NCBI GenBank assembly: GCA_038245295.1
Contig: JBBRSP010000026.1
Span: 19,810 to 83,809, forward strand
Reading direction: 5' to 3'
DNA: 64,000 bases
Source of the DNA: Candidatus Binatia bacterium
Lineage (GTDB): Bacteria; Desulfobacterota; Binatia; HRBIN30
Shown in pieces: positions 40,076 through 48,520 of the stretch (positions are counted from its first letter, which is position 1; the number at the start of each line of letters is the position of its first letter). The translations under genes were made by a program, and so were the position numbers. Below the pieces are notes generated by a model, which did not search any database, was not told the DNA's origin, and saw only the letters and a program-made list of their open reading frames with translations.

Positions 40076-41494
40076 TCAGCGCTTTCGACTCGCGCGCGTC
40101 GCGGCCGCGGCCATCTCACGCCGCTTGCGGATGGTCCAGCCGGCGCGTTCCTCCTGAGGTTTTGGATTGAACACGAGAGCCCCCGCTTCCACATCGCGGC
40201 GCACGGTGGTTCCCGTGGCGATGTACACATCGTCGCCGATGCGAATCGGTGCGATGAGCTGCGAATCACTGCCGACCTGCACCCGCGCGCCAATGATGGT
40301 GCGCGACTTGCGGAAGCCGTCGTAGTTGCACGTAATCGTGCCGGCGCCGATGTTGCTGCCGGCGCCAATCTCCGTGTCGCCGAGATAGGCGAGATGATTG
40401 GCCTTCGTGCCACGCGCGAGCTGGGCATTCTTCGTTTCGACGAAGTTGCCGATATGCACGGCATCACCGAGGGTGGTTGCCGGTCGCAGCTGGGCAAACG
40501 GACCGACCAGCACGTCGGAGCCGACGGTGGCCTGGGTCATCACAACACCGAACTTGATGTGGGTACGATCGGCGATACGGCTGTCGGTGATGTGCGCGCT
40601 GCCGTCGATCCGGCAACCCGTGCCAATGGTGGTGACGCCGCGGATGACGGTGCACGGGCCGATGATGGTGTCGCGGCCAATCGTGACGTCGGGGCCGATG
40701 AACGTCGACTCCGGATCCTCGATCGTCACGCCGGCGACCATCCAGTCGTGATTGATACGATCGCGCAGCGTCCGTTCGCGGGCTGCCAGATCAACGCGAT
40801 CGCTGATCTGCACCCCCTCCCCGGCCTGCGCTGCCGAATCGCCGACGCGCAGCCCGTCGCGTTGCGCCAGGGCGATGATATCCGTCAGGTACATCTCACG
40901 TTGCGCGTTGTTCGGCCGCAGGCGTTTGAGCGCGGCGCCCAGAAACTCCGAGCGCACGCAGTAGACACCGACATTGACCTCGGCGATCAAGCGCTGTTCA
41001 GGCGAGCAGTCGCGATCCTCGACGATGCCCGTCACCTGGCCGTGTTGGTCGCGCAGTATGCGCCCAAAGCTCCGCGGATCGTCGATTGTTTCGGTCAAGA
41101 GAGAGACCGCGGCGTTGCTCTTGCGGTGCGCCGCCAATAGCCGTTTGAAACTTTGCGCCTCGAGGAATGGCAGGTCGCCATAGACCAGGAACACGTCACC
41201 GGTGAAACCGCGCAACGCCGGCATGGCGCAGCGAACGGCGTGGCCGGTTCCCTTCTGTTCCTTTTGCAAAGCGAAGCGTGCGCCGAACGGACCGCACACG
41301 GTGCGCACCGCATCGGCCTGATGCCCGACGACGACGACCAGCGGATCGGCGCCGGCTTTGCGCAACGCGCCAAGAGCGTAGGTGATCAGCGGCTTACCGC
41401 CGAGGGCGTGGAGCACCTTGGCCAGCGATGACTTCATCCGCGTGCCGAGACCGGCGGCGAGGACTATGGCGGCGACGCGGCGTTTGGCTGTCAA
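40076..41494 (-). CDS. glmU: Bifunctional UDP-GlcNAc pyrophosphorylase / glucosamine-1-phosphate N-acetyltransferase
   Basis: LAAG.GTRMKS..AKVLH, Q.GTGHAV, hexapeptide repeats, GNFVE.K, NHL.YLGD, NIGAGTITCNYDG. Confidence 0.98.
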   Translation of the reverse strand: MTAKRRVAAIVLAAGLGTRMKSSLAKVLHALGGKPLITYALGALRKAGADPLVVVVGHQADAVRTVCGPFGARFALQKEQKGTGHAVRCAMPALRGFTGDVFLVYGDLPFLEAQSFKRLLAAHRKSNAAVSLLTETIDDPRSFGRILRDQHGQVTGIVEDRDCSPEQRLIAEVNVGVYCVRSEFLGAALKRLRPNNAQREMYLTDIIALAQRDGLRVGDSAAQAGEGVQISDRVDLAARERTLRDRINHDWMVAGVTIEDPESTFIGPDVTIGRDTIIGPCTVIRGVTTIGTGCRIDGSAHITDSRIADRTHIKFGVVMTQATVGSDVLVGPFAQLRPATTLGDAVHIGNFVETKNAQLARGTKANHLAYLGDTEIGAGSNIGAGTITCNYDGFRKSRTIIGARVQVGSDSQLIAPIRIGDDVYIATGTTVRRDVEAGALVFNPKPQEERAGWTIRKRREMAAAATRASRKR

Positions 41495-41583
41495 AACATG
41501 ATCCTTATAGCTGCGAAGAATTGCAGAGCAAACGCGGGTCGTCGCTCTTACAACGTCGTCGACGGTTTTCTATGCTGTGCCAG

Positions 41584-42810
41584 ATGTATCGCGCGCTGTG
41601 CCGTTGGGCTGCGGTTGCTCTCATCGTCCTCAGTGTTCGTCCGGCCCTGGCCTGCTCCGGCGATTGCAACGGCGACGGTGAGGTTACCATCGATGAACTG
41701 ATCCTTGGGGTGAATATCGCGCTCGAGAACGCGCCGACCCTCAGCTGCGCGGCTTTTGATGGCGACCACAGCGGCACGGTGACGATCGACGAGATTGTCG
41801 GGGCGGTGAACGTCGCCCTCACCGGCTGCCCGGCTACCGCCACACCGTCGCCGGCTCGATCCGCAACGCCGACACCCACGGCAACCTTACAGGCCACGGC
41901 AACCGCCACGCCTTCGCCAACGATCAACCACGCGCCCGTGGTAACGCCGAAGCCGATCTACCGCACCTATCCCGATTACCCGATTCATTACACTTTGCCG
42001 GTCGGTGATCCGGACAACGATCCACTGACCTGTTCGGTCGGCTCTCTGCCGGAGGGCGCCGTCTACGACGCGTCGGCCCGCGCGCTGGTCTGGGCTCCGT
42101 CGTCGACCCAGGTCGGCCCCGCTTACGTCGACTTCCAATGCGAGGACGATGCATCGCCGCCCGCCGAGGTGGTCGGTAGGCTCGCGATCAAGGTACAGCG
42201 CCCGAGTGCCTGCGTCGTGCCAACATGCGATCCCGCCACTGGTTGCGTCGATGAACTCATCGGCCTGGATCATCGCTGCTGCGATCAAGGCCCCGTTGCG
42301 CCGGTCGAGGAGCCCTTGGCCGGATGCCCGGAAGGGCTGGTCCTCTTCGCCGGAGGCGATCTCAGCGGCTTCGGTGAGCTAGGACAGTGTTACACCAAAT
42401 CGGTCCTCAACTCTGCACAGTCAGCCGCCAGCATCCGCTTCAACCTACGTACCAGCTGTATCTACACCGACGACTTGCCGCGTTTCAGAATTGTGGTCGA
42501 AACCGCCTCGCGGATCGCGGTCCGCGACAAAGAAGTTGCGGCGTCGGTCAAACGAACCCCTGAGGGGTGGTACGAGAAGAACCAGGTCCCGTGGGCCATC
42601 GATGGCGGCGGACCGTTCTTCGATCTCGAGGGAGCCGAGGCCAATGTCACCTTGTCGATCCGTGACGCACAGAACCAACGTTACACCCAAAAGCTGCGCG
42701 TCCGCCTGACCTTCACACCCATCCCAGACGTCGGCGACCCGGGCGAGCCGCGGCCGACGATCACGGCGACGTTGCCGCGCCCAACCGCTACGCCAACGCC
42801 CCATCCCTAG
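41584..42810 (+). CDS. Exported protein: dockerin/EF-hand-like duplicated motif, Thr/Pro linker, Ig/cadherin-like domain, Cys-rich C-domain
   Basis: Signal peptide; CSGDCNGDGEVTIDEL...NIAL / FDGDHSGTVTIDEI...NVAL; N.AP..., D.DNDPLT, LPEGA..D...L.W.P. Confidence 0.8.
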   Translation: MYRALCRWAAVALIVLSVRPALACSGDCNGDGEVTIDELILGVNIALENAPTLSCAAFDGDHSGTVTIDEIVGAVNVALTGCPATATPSPARSATPTPTATLQATATATPSPTINHAPVVTPKPIYRTYPDYPIHYTLPVGDPDNDPLTCSVGSLPEGAVYDASARALVWAPSSTQVGPAYVDFQCEDDASPPAEVVGRLAIKVQRPSACVVPTCDPATGCVDELIGLDHRCCDQGPVAPVEEPLAGCPEGLVLFAGGDLSGFGELGQCYTKSVLNSAQSAASIRFNLRTSCIYTDDLPRFRIVVETASRIAVRDKEVAASVKRTPEGWYEKNQVPWAIDGGGPFFDLEGAEANVTLSIRDAQNQRYTQKLRVRLTFTPIPDVGDPGEPRPTITATLPRPTATPTPHP

Positions 42811-42894
42811 CTTTGCGAAGCGCGCAAATGCCTCCGCACCAATTGACCAAGGGCTTTTTCAGTTGCTATTGCGCCCGTGGGAGGAACTGAGCTG

Positions 42895-43245
42895 ATGCCG
42901 GTGGTGTACTTCGTCAAGCAACAGAAGTCGGTCGAATGTGCGGTCGGTGAAACGCTGCGCGATGTGGCGCGGGCCAACGGCGTGTCGGTCTACGTCTTCC
43001 CAAACAACCTTGCCAACTGCCGTGGCTTCGGCCTGTGCGGCACGTGCCGTATCCATGTCGACAATCCGAATGCGGTGAGCGCGCGCACACCGGCCGACCA
43101 GCGCAAGACCGGTTTCGAGGGCGACAACATTCGGCTCGCCTGCCAAACCAAGGTGCTCGGCGATGTTGAGGTCGTGACCAATCCGCGCCGCCAGCTGGCG
43201 TGGATGAACCACCCCACCTACGAGTGGATGCAAAATCTCGAGTAG
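42895..43245 (+). CDS. [2Fe-2S] ferredoxin
   Basis: C-x5-C-x2-C (CRGFGLCGTC) and RLACQ; GGGAGG RBS. Confidence 0.92.
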   Translation: MPVVYFVKQQKSVECAVGETLRDVARANGVSVYVFPNNLANCRGFGLCGTCRIHVDNPNAVSARTPADQRKTGFEGDNIRLACQTKVLGDVEVVTNPRRQLAWMNHPTYEWMQNLE

Positions 43246-43276
43246 ATCCGAACGCAACTTCAGAAACCAACGACCG

Positions 43277-43759
43277 ATGATTGAGAAGCACGATTTCCGC
43301 CGTGTCCTCGGTAGCTTCGCCGCCGGGGTTACCATCGTCACGACCCGCACAAGCGATGGTGCTCTCTACGGACTGACCGCCACTGCGTTCACCTCGGTGT
43401 CCCTCAACCCGCCCTTGGTTTTGGTGTGCGTCGACAAACGCTCAGAGAGCCACCCTCACTTGCCCGACTCGAAGATCTTTGCGGTCAACTTGCTGGCGGC
43501 GGATCAGGTAGAGTTGTCGAATCGGTTTGCCGTCTCGGGGGCCGACAAGTTTGCCGGGCTGGAGACGACAACAAAGATCACCGGAGCCCCAATCCTCAAG
43601 GGCGTGCTCGGCTATCTCGACTGCAAGACGACACAGATCGTCGATGCCGGCGACCACACCATCTTCATCGGTGAGATCCAGGCTCTCGACGCGTTCGACG
43701 GCGAGCCGCTGGTGCATTTCCGCGGCGCTTACCGAAGCGTGACGGAGGCGATCAAGTAG
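43277..43759 (+). CDS. Flavin reductase family protein (HpaC/RutF-like)
   Basis: FRR.LG.FA.GVT.VT, F.SVSL.PPLV, GDH.IF.GE, PL..F.G.Y. Confidence 0.94.
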   Translation: MIEKHDFRRVLGSFAAGVTIVTTRTSDGALYGLTATAFTSVSLNPPLVLVCVDKRSESHPHLPDSKIFAVNLLAADQVELSNRFAVSGADKFAGLETTTKITGAPILKGVLGYLDCKTTQIVDAGDHTIFIGEIQALDAFDGEPLVHFRGAYRSVTEAIK

Positions 43760-43779
43760 GGGGCACGCGCCACGTGCCC
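43756..43779 (+). repeat. GTAG-type REP-like hairpin or terminator
   Basis: GTAG-G-GGGCACG-cgcca-CGTGCCC overlapping the flavin reductase stop, between convergent genes. Confidence 0.55.
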
Positions 43780-43808
43780 GGGTGCAGGGTGCGGGGTCGG
43801 TCAACCCA

Positions 43809-44210
43809 TTACTTGGCGAAGGCCAGCAGGCCGATCAGGTCAACAGCGAAGTACGCGGCGATGACCGCGGCACCGGCGTAATCCTTGGCGAGTCGCTGTC
43901 CCGTCAGCAGACCGAGGAGCGCGATTCCCGACACGGCGAGCCCGGCGGCGCTGACACCCATCCCCGGCGTCACGAAGTCGAAGAAGATCAATCCGGTGGC
44001 ACACAGCAAACCGGCGGCGCCCTCGATGCCGGTGATGACGAGCAGCAGCCACGGGATGTATTCAGTCGGAATCGGGCTGCTCTTGAAGTGGTCTTTGAAG
44101 AACGCGGCGTTGCCTTGTGCATCCATCAACTTGTCGACCGCCGACTGCAGAAAGACGACGGCGAAGAAGGCGGTCACCAGAAAGCGGGCCAGGGCTGCGG
44201 GTTCAAGCAT
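43809..44210 (-). CDS. DoxX-like membrane protein
   Basis: FLQS..DK, F..HF..S, E...G, GQRLAKDY.GAA; 4 TM segments. Confidence 0.8.
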   Translation of the reverse strand: MLEPAALARFLVTAFFAVVFLQSAVDKLMDAQGNAAFFKDHFKSSPIPTEYIPWLLLVITGIEGAAGLLCATGLIFFDFVTPGMGVSAAGLAVSGIALLGLLTGQRLAKDYAGAAVIAAYFAVDLIGLLAFAK

Positions 44211-44273
44211 CGTCGGATCTCCTCGGCGTCCCGCTCTATCGCAGAATCGCTTGCGTCTGAAGCGCGATCTGCG

Positions 44274-44654
44274 TCATTCGCTGTCGACGTCGATATCGAG
44301 TTGGTCGCGCCCGCTGCGGCCATCGGAGTCGGTGACGATGACGCTGGCGACGTATTTCCCGGCCTTCTTGTAAATGTGTTTGACGTGATCGCCCGTACCT
44401 TGGCCGGAGCGGTCGCCGAAGTCCCAGACGAAGCGCGGTTTCTTTGCCGCGTCTCCTTCATAGACTTCGGCGCTGAACTGGACGTTCAGCGGCGCGCTGC
44501 CCGAGTCCGGGTCGGCGACGCTGCTGATGAGCAACTGGCGCACTTTCGCCGCTCCGCTGGCGTCCGCATTCTTGGCGGGCGATGCGGCAAAGACGGTGAC
44601 CGCGCACAGAGAGCAAGCGATCAGCCCAAAGGCCACACTCATTCGTCGGGACAT
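44274..44654 (-). CDS. Exported single PKD-domain protein
   Basis: P.SG.APL.VQF, WDFGD, H.Y.K.G.Y.....VTD..G. Confidence 0.88.
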   Translation of the reverse strand: MSRRMSVAFGLIACSLCAVTVFAASPAKNADASGAAKVRQLLISSVADPDSGSAPLNVQFSAEVYEGDAAKKPRFVWDFGDRSGQGTGDHVKHIYKKAGKYVASVIVTDSDGRSGRDQLDIDVDSE

Positions 44655-45823
44655 GGGGAGCCCTCCTCGGTCGTTTGAAACAGGATGTTGACGCTATCTG
44701 AAGTCATGTTCGTCACCGCGATGTCATTGAGACCGTCGCCGTCAAAGTCGCGAACCAGGATGATGCGCGGCTGTTTGCCAACCGAGATCGTCCGCCACGG
44801 CGCGAAGCCGGCCGCACCCAGGCCGCGCGCGATCGTCACCGTATTGCTAGCGGTATCGGCGGTGACCAAATCGGTCTTGCCGTCGCCGTCGAGATCGGCT
44901 GCTACCACGGCCCGCACACCGAGCCCGGTGTTGACGGGCAGCGGACGCTCGAAAGAACCGTCGCCGCGGCCATGCCAGACTTGGACGCGGTGCGCTTCAA
45001 TGTCGGTGACCGCAATGTCCTGGCGTCCATCGAGATCGAAGTCAGCGGCCGCCAAGCCATAGGGTAATCCGACGCCAACATCGACGTCGGGACCACGTTC
45101 GAAGTGCCCCTTGCCGTGGTTGTGGAAGACCGAGACCTTCTTCCCAAGCCACCCTACAACGGCGATATCCAGACCGGGCTTACCATCGAAATCGGCAAGT
45201 TGAACGGCAGCAGGACGAGCGGTCGATTCGAGGTCCACGGCTCTTTCGAAGGTTCCGTCGCCCTTGCCGTAAAACACGCTGGTGAGACTGAGTGTTGAGG
45301 ACACGACCGCGTTGCTTTCGTCGGCGACAACGACATCCAGATTCCCGTCTCCGTCGAGATCGGCCATGGCAACGTCGAAGGGGCCAACTCCCGAATGATA
45401 TTGGCGGCGCGACGCGAACTGGCCCTTTCCGTCGCCGAGAAGGATCACCAGCGCATCCGACTCGGCAGCGGCGATTGCGAGGTCGAGATGACCGTCGTGG
45501 TTGAAGTCGCCGGAGGCAATGCCGCGCGGGGTGACCCCGACTCCGGCGTCGCCAGTACGTTCGAACTGTCGAGACTTCGTCTGCGAATAGAGGCTGACGC
45601 GCCCGTTGCCGGCCGCCGTCACCGCAAGGTCGATCGACCCGTCACCATTCCAATCGCCGCTGGCGATTCCAAACGGCCCGCCGCCAATTTTAGGAATGGT
45701 GCTGCACTGGAACGCCAATCGGCCAGCCTGCGGCTGCCCGTGTTTGCTCGCCGCACAACTCTGCAGAGCGGCGCCAAGCCCGAGCAGCACAGCAAATCGA
45801 AGGACGCGTCGGCGGCGACTCAC
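44639..45823 (-). CDS. FG-GAP-repeat lipoprotein (about 7-bladed propeller)
   Basis: LQSC lipobox; seven D-F/L/W-x-x-D-G-x-x-D-like repeats. Confidence 0.88.
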   Translation of the reverse strand: MSRRRRVLRFAVLLGLGAALQSCAASKHGQPQAGRLAFQCSTIPKIGGGPFGIASGDWNGDGSIDLAVTAAGNGRVSLYSQTKSRQFERTGDAGVGVTPRGIASGDFNHDGHLDLAIAAAESDALVILLGDGKGQFASRRQYHSGVGPFDVAMADLDGDGNLDVVVADESNAVVSSTLSLTSVFYGKGDGTFERAVDLESTARPAAVQLADFDGKPGLDIAVVGWLGKKVSVFHNHGKGHFERGPDVDVGVGLPYGLAAADFDLDGRQDIAVTDIEAHRVQVWHGRGDGSFERPLPVNTGLGVRAVVAADLDGDGKTDLVTADTASNTVTIARGLGAAGFAPWRTISVGKQPRIILVRDFDGDGLNDIAVTNMTSDSVNILFQTTEEGSPCPDE

Positions 45824-46356
45824 TGCGCCGCCCCCGGCGTTACCGCCGGACGGCCCATCATTCGCAGAATCGCGCCTTGCGCGGCCTGGGCACGCGGAAT
45901 GTCATGGAAGCTGAACACCCCTGCCTTCGGAACATGGCTAACGCCATGGGTCGTTCCCGCCCACATCAAGGCCGTTGGCGTTGTATTATTGGGAGTGCCG
46001 AATCGGGACTGCAGGTACTCTCCGATGCGCTCCTTCTCCGGGCATACGAACTGAATATCATAGAGCTCGTGGCGGTAGAATCGATAGCTGGCCCGACAGT
46101 TCTTCATCGGGCCGACCGCGATGTCTTCACGCGTAAAAGCAGCAATACCGTAGGCTGCATTAGGGTCATCCGGAGCCGGTGTCGGGCTGGCTGCCTTCGC
46201 GGACGGATAGACTTTTGCGAAATCGCTGTCGCTCATGCCAAACTTCGCCTTCTCGAAGCCGTCCGGCCCTTCAAAAGGCGCCGCCAAGGCGGCCGCTCGG
46301 AACACGATCTGCGTGCACGCAGCCACGACCAGAACTACAAAGCTCATCCTTGCCAT
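45820..46356 (-). CDS. Exported hypothetical protein
   Basis: Signal peptide, GF..AKFGMS motif, L..RFG.P, two mature Cys; GTGA overlap with the next gene. Confidence 0.75.
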   Translation of the reverse strand: MARMSFVVLVVAACTQIVFRAAALAAPFEGPDGFEKAKFGMSDSDFAKVYPSAKAASPTPAPDDPNAAYGIAAFTREDIAVGPMKNCRASYRFYRHELYDIQFVCPEKERIGEYLQSRFGTPNNTTPTALMWAGTTHGVSHVPKAGVFSFHDIPRAQAAQGAILRMMGRPAVTPGAAQ

Positions 46357-46371
46357 GTCCGACCCCTAACC

Positions 46372-46406
46372 AAACAGAAAGGGGGATGGAATCACTTCCA
46401 TCCCCC
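46372..46406 (-). terminator. Rho-independent terminator after the 646-aa exported protein
   Basis: Perfect 11-bp stem GGGGGATGGAA / TTCCATCCCCC with a 4-nt loop, followed on the minus strand by TTTCTGTTT. Confidence 0.85.
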
Positions 46407-46449
46407 CAGGTGTTACGAAGACGCTGAGTTGAGTCGAAGGCGACTCAGT

Positions 46450-48390
46450 TTACATACACTTCAGCTTCACGTTGAGAGTAGCATCGCCAAGCGGGGCCGG
46501 GCCGTTCAGCAGCGGCGCACCGCCGACGAAGGTCAAGCCCGACAGGTTGCTCGACAGGTAGTTGGCGCAGTTGGTCCCCGCACCCGTCAGGATCGCTTGC
46601 GCGAAACCAGGCGGGAATGTGCAGGCGCCAGGAGGCCCGGTGACCGCGCAGTCGGGAGCACCCGTGCACGGCTTGTTGGCATCACCGCCACCGACGCAGC
46701 GGCCAACGGTCAGGGTGCAGGTTCCCGGCAGAGTGCAATCAGCCGCCACGTCGCAGGCAAGCCCATCATCGGCGCCGCCGGCGCAGCGCTTGCCACCATG
46801 GAGAACCTGGGCGCCATCGCACGTCGAGCCTGGGCAATTGACATCCTCGATGCAATTCTGACCGAGGTTGACGCCGCCGACACACGAGCCATTGCTGTAG
46901 ACGGCCTTCATGATCGACGCCGTCGACGTGCCAGTTGTACCGGGGACCTGGAGGGTCGCAATCGGCGCAACGAAGTCATCATCCGTACACGCCACGCCAT
47001 CAGGTCCCTTGTCGGAAGCGTTGATGAGCAGCGAAGCCTGGATCGTCAGCAGATCGACGCAGCCGCCGGCAAGGGTCGTGCCGCTGGTGGTTACGGTGAG
47101 CGGGCCGTTTACCGTCCCGGGATACAGCGTATCGGCCGAGCCTTCGGAAATCGCGCCGCCGCAATCGTCGGTCGTGACGTTGTCACCCGTGATGTGGTCT
47201 TGGCAGACCGTCACGTTGCTCTTCACGGCCGAAGCGTTGCACGAGCACCATCCCTCGCCCCGCGCGATGCTGACGCAAGCTGCCGCGACCAGACCGTTGA
47301 AAGGAGGAGTGGCGATCGGCGGCTCGTTGGCGCGTAGGGTACGCGCTGCGTCGCCGACGATGTAGAGGAAGTTGCTCTCGGTGCCGAAGGCCGCACCTTC
47401 ACCCATTCCCGGGAAAAGGTTGCATGGCGGCATGCTGCCGCCGGTGCAATCTTCGTCGGTCTGGCAAGAGCCGCCGCCCATCTTGCAAACACCGGAGGCC
47501 GGGCCGGGCCGGCACAGCGACGTGGCAAGTGAACCATTGATTACGATTGAAACCGGTCCCTGTCCGAGTCCGGCATTCACCGGCGCTGCCTCGATCGTAG
47601 CGGCGCTCAGGACCGGGTCGAGGCTGCAGGCGTGCTCACGGCACTCGACGCCGAAGCGGCACAGGTTGGGGCGATAAGCCTCCGTGGTTGCATCCAGCGA
47701 GGCGGGCAAATTGGTGCAGCTGGTGTTCAGCTTGGACCCAGCCGGTAGCGTCGCCGTGGCGGTCACCGCCGACTGGAACAGGTTCAATGCTTGGGGAACC
47801 TGATAGAGGATCTGGTTGACCGTGGCCCGCTCGAGAGCGAACAACGAGTAGTCCACCGTAAACTTACCGGCGCAGTTCGGATCGGCGACGCCGTCTCCAT
47901 CCGTATCGCAGGCGGCACCCGAGGCCGGAGGGGCGGCCGCGTGCGTACTTGCTGTGCCGGAAAGTAGGTGACCGAGGCCGGTGCCGATGTCGAGGTCGGC
48001 GTCCGCGCACTCACCAGTCGAGCGCGACTTCTCGATCGCCTTACGGAAGGCATCGACCTTCGATTTGCCGGGCTTGGCATTGGCTGCGTCGTAGACTACC
48101 GATAGCTGCTTCTCGCAGAACGAGGCCGCCGTCGGCATACACCCGGCGCCGGCATCACATTTGGTGCCGAGCGACGTGGTAATTCCTTTGACGTTCTCCT
48201 TCTGGATCGCGTCGAGGCATTTGGTCACAGCCGAATAGATAAACTTTTGAAGCTTGGCGCCCTCGCCCTGGATCCGCTTCTGGCACTTATCCAGAGATGC
48301 CGAGGCCGGGCCGGCGCTCATCCCCAACGTCCCGGCGACGGCCAACGCCGTCATCCATCGCGCATTCCTGCCAAACAATCGCATACACAT
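46450..48390 (-). CDS. Large Cys-rich exported protein (646 aa), function unknown
   Basis: Signal peptide ending ASA, AAGGAGGG RBS, helical Cys/Lys N-domain, C-x-GG-x4-6-C-x5-C repeats, C-terminal LxCx. Confidence 0.85.
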   Translation of the reverse strand: MCMRLFGRNARWMTALAVAGTLGMSAGPASASLDKCQKRIQGEGAKLQKFIYSAVTKCLDAIQKENVKGITTSLGTKCDAGAGCMPTAASFCEKQLSVVYDAANAKPGKSKVDAFRKAIEKSRSTGECADADLDIGTGLGHLLSGTASTHAAAPPASGAACDTDGDGVADPNCAGKFTVDYSLFALERATVNQILYQVPQALNLFQSAVTATATLPAGSKLNTSCTNLPASLDATTEAYRPNLCRFGVECREHACSLDPVLSAATIEAAPVNAGLGQGPVSIVINGSLATSLCRPGPASGVCKMGGGSCQTDEDCTGGSMPPCNLFPGMGEGAAFGTESNFLYIVGDAARTLRANEPPIATPPFNGLVAAACVSIARGEGWCSCNASAVKSNVTVCQDHITGDNVTTDDCGGAISEGSADTLYPGTVNGPLTVTTSGTTLAGGCVDLLTIQASLLINASDKGPDGVACTDDDFVAPIATLQVPGTTGTSTASIMKAVYSNGSCVGGVNLGQNCIEDVNCPGSTCDGAQVLHGGKRCAGGADDGLACDVAADCTLPGTCTLTVGRCVGGGDANKPCTGAPDCAVTGPPGACTFPPGFAQAILTGAGTNCANYLSSNLSGLTFVGGAPLLNGPAPLGDATLNVKLKCM

Positions 48391-48484
48391 CCCTCCTTGG
48401 TGGGCTCTTTAAAGAGGCGCGGCTCCTTGAAGAATGCCGACGCCACGAACCTGCAACACGCTAAATTTGGTAACTCCTGAAATA

Positions 48485-48508
48485 GTGAGTCCCGGCGACA
48501 GATGTCAA
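48485..48508 (-). promoter_or_regulatory. Candidate sigma70 promoter for the 646-aa protein
   Basis: Perfect TTGACA on the minus strand at 48508-48503, then CACTATTT 15-18 nt downstream (imperfect -10). Confidence 0.5.
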
Positions 48509-48520
48509 GAAAAATCCGGG

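Noticed and set aside
45877..47337. 486-aa plus-strand ORF
   Set aside because: Antisense to two well-formed exported-protein genes and crosses a terminator; Arg/Ala-rich with no motifs.
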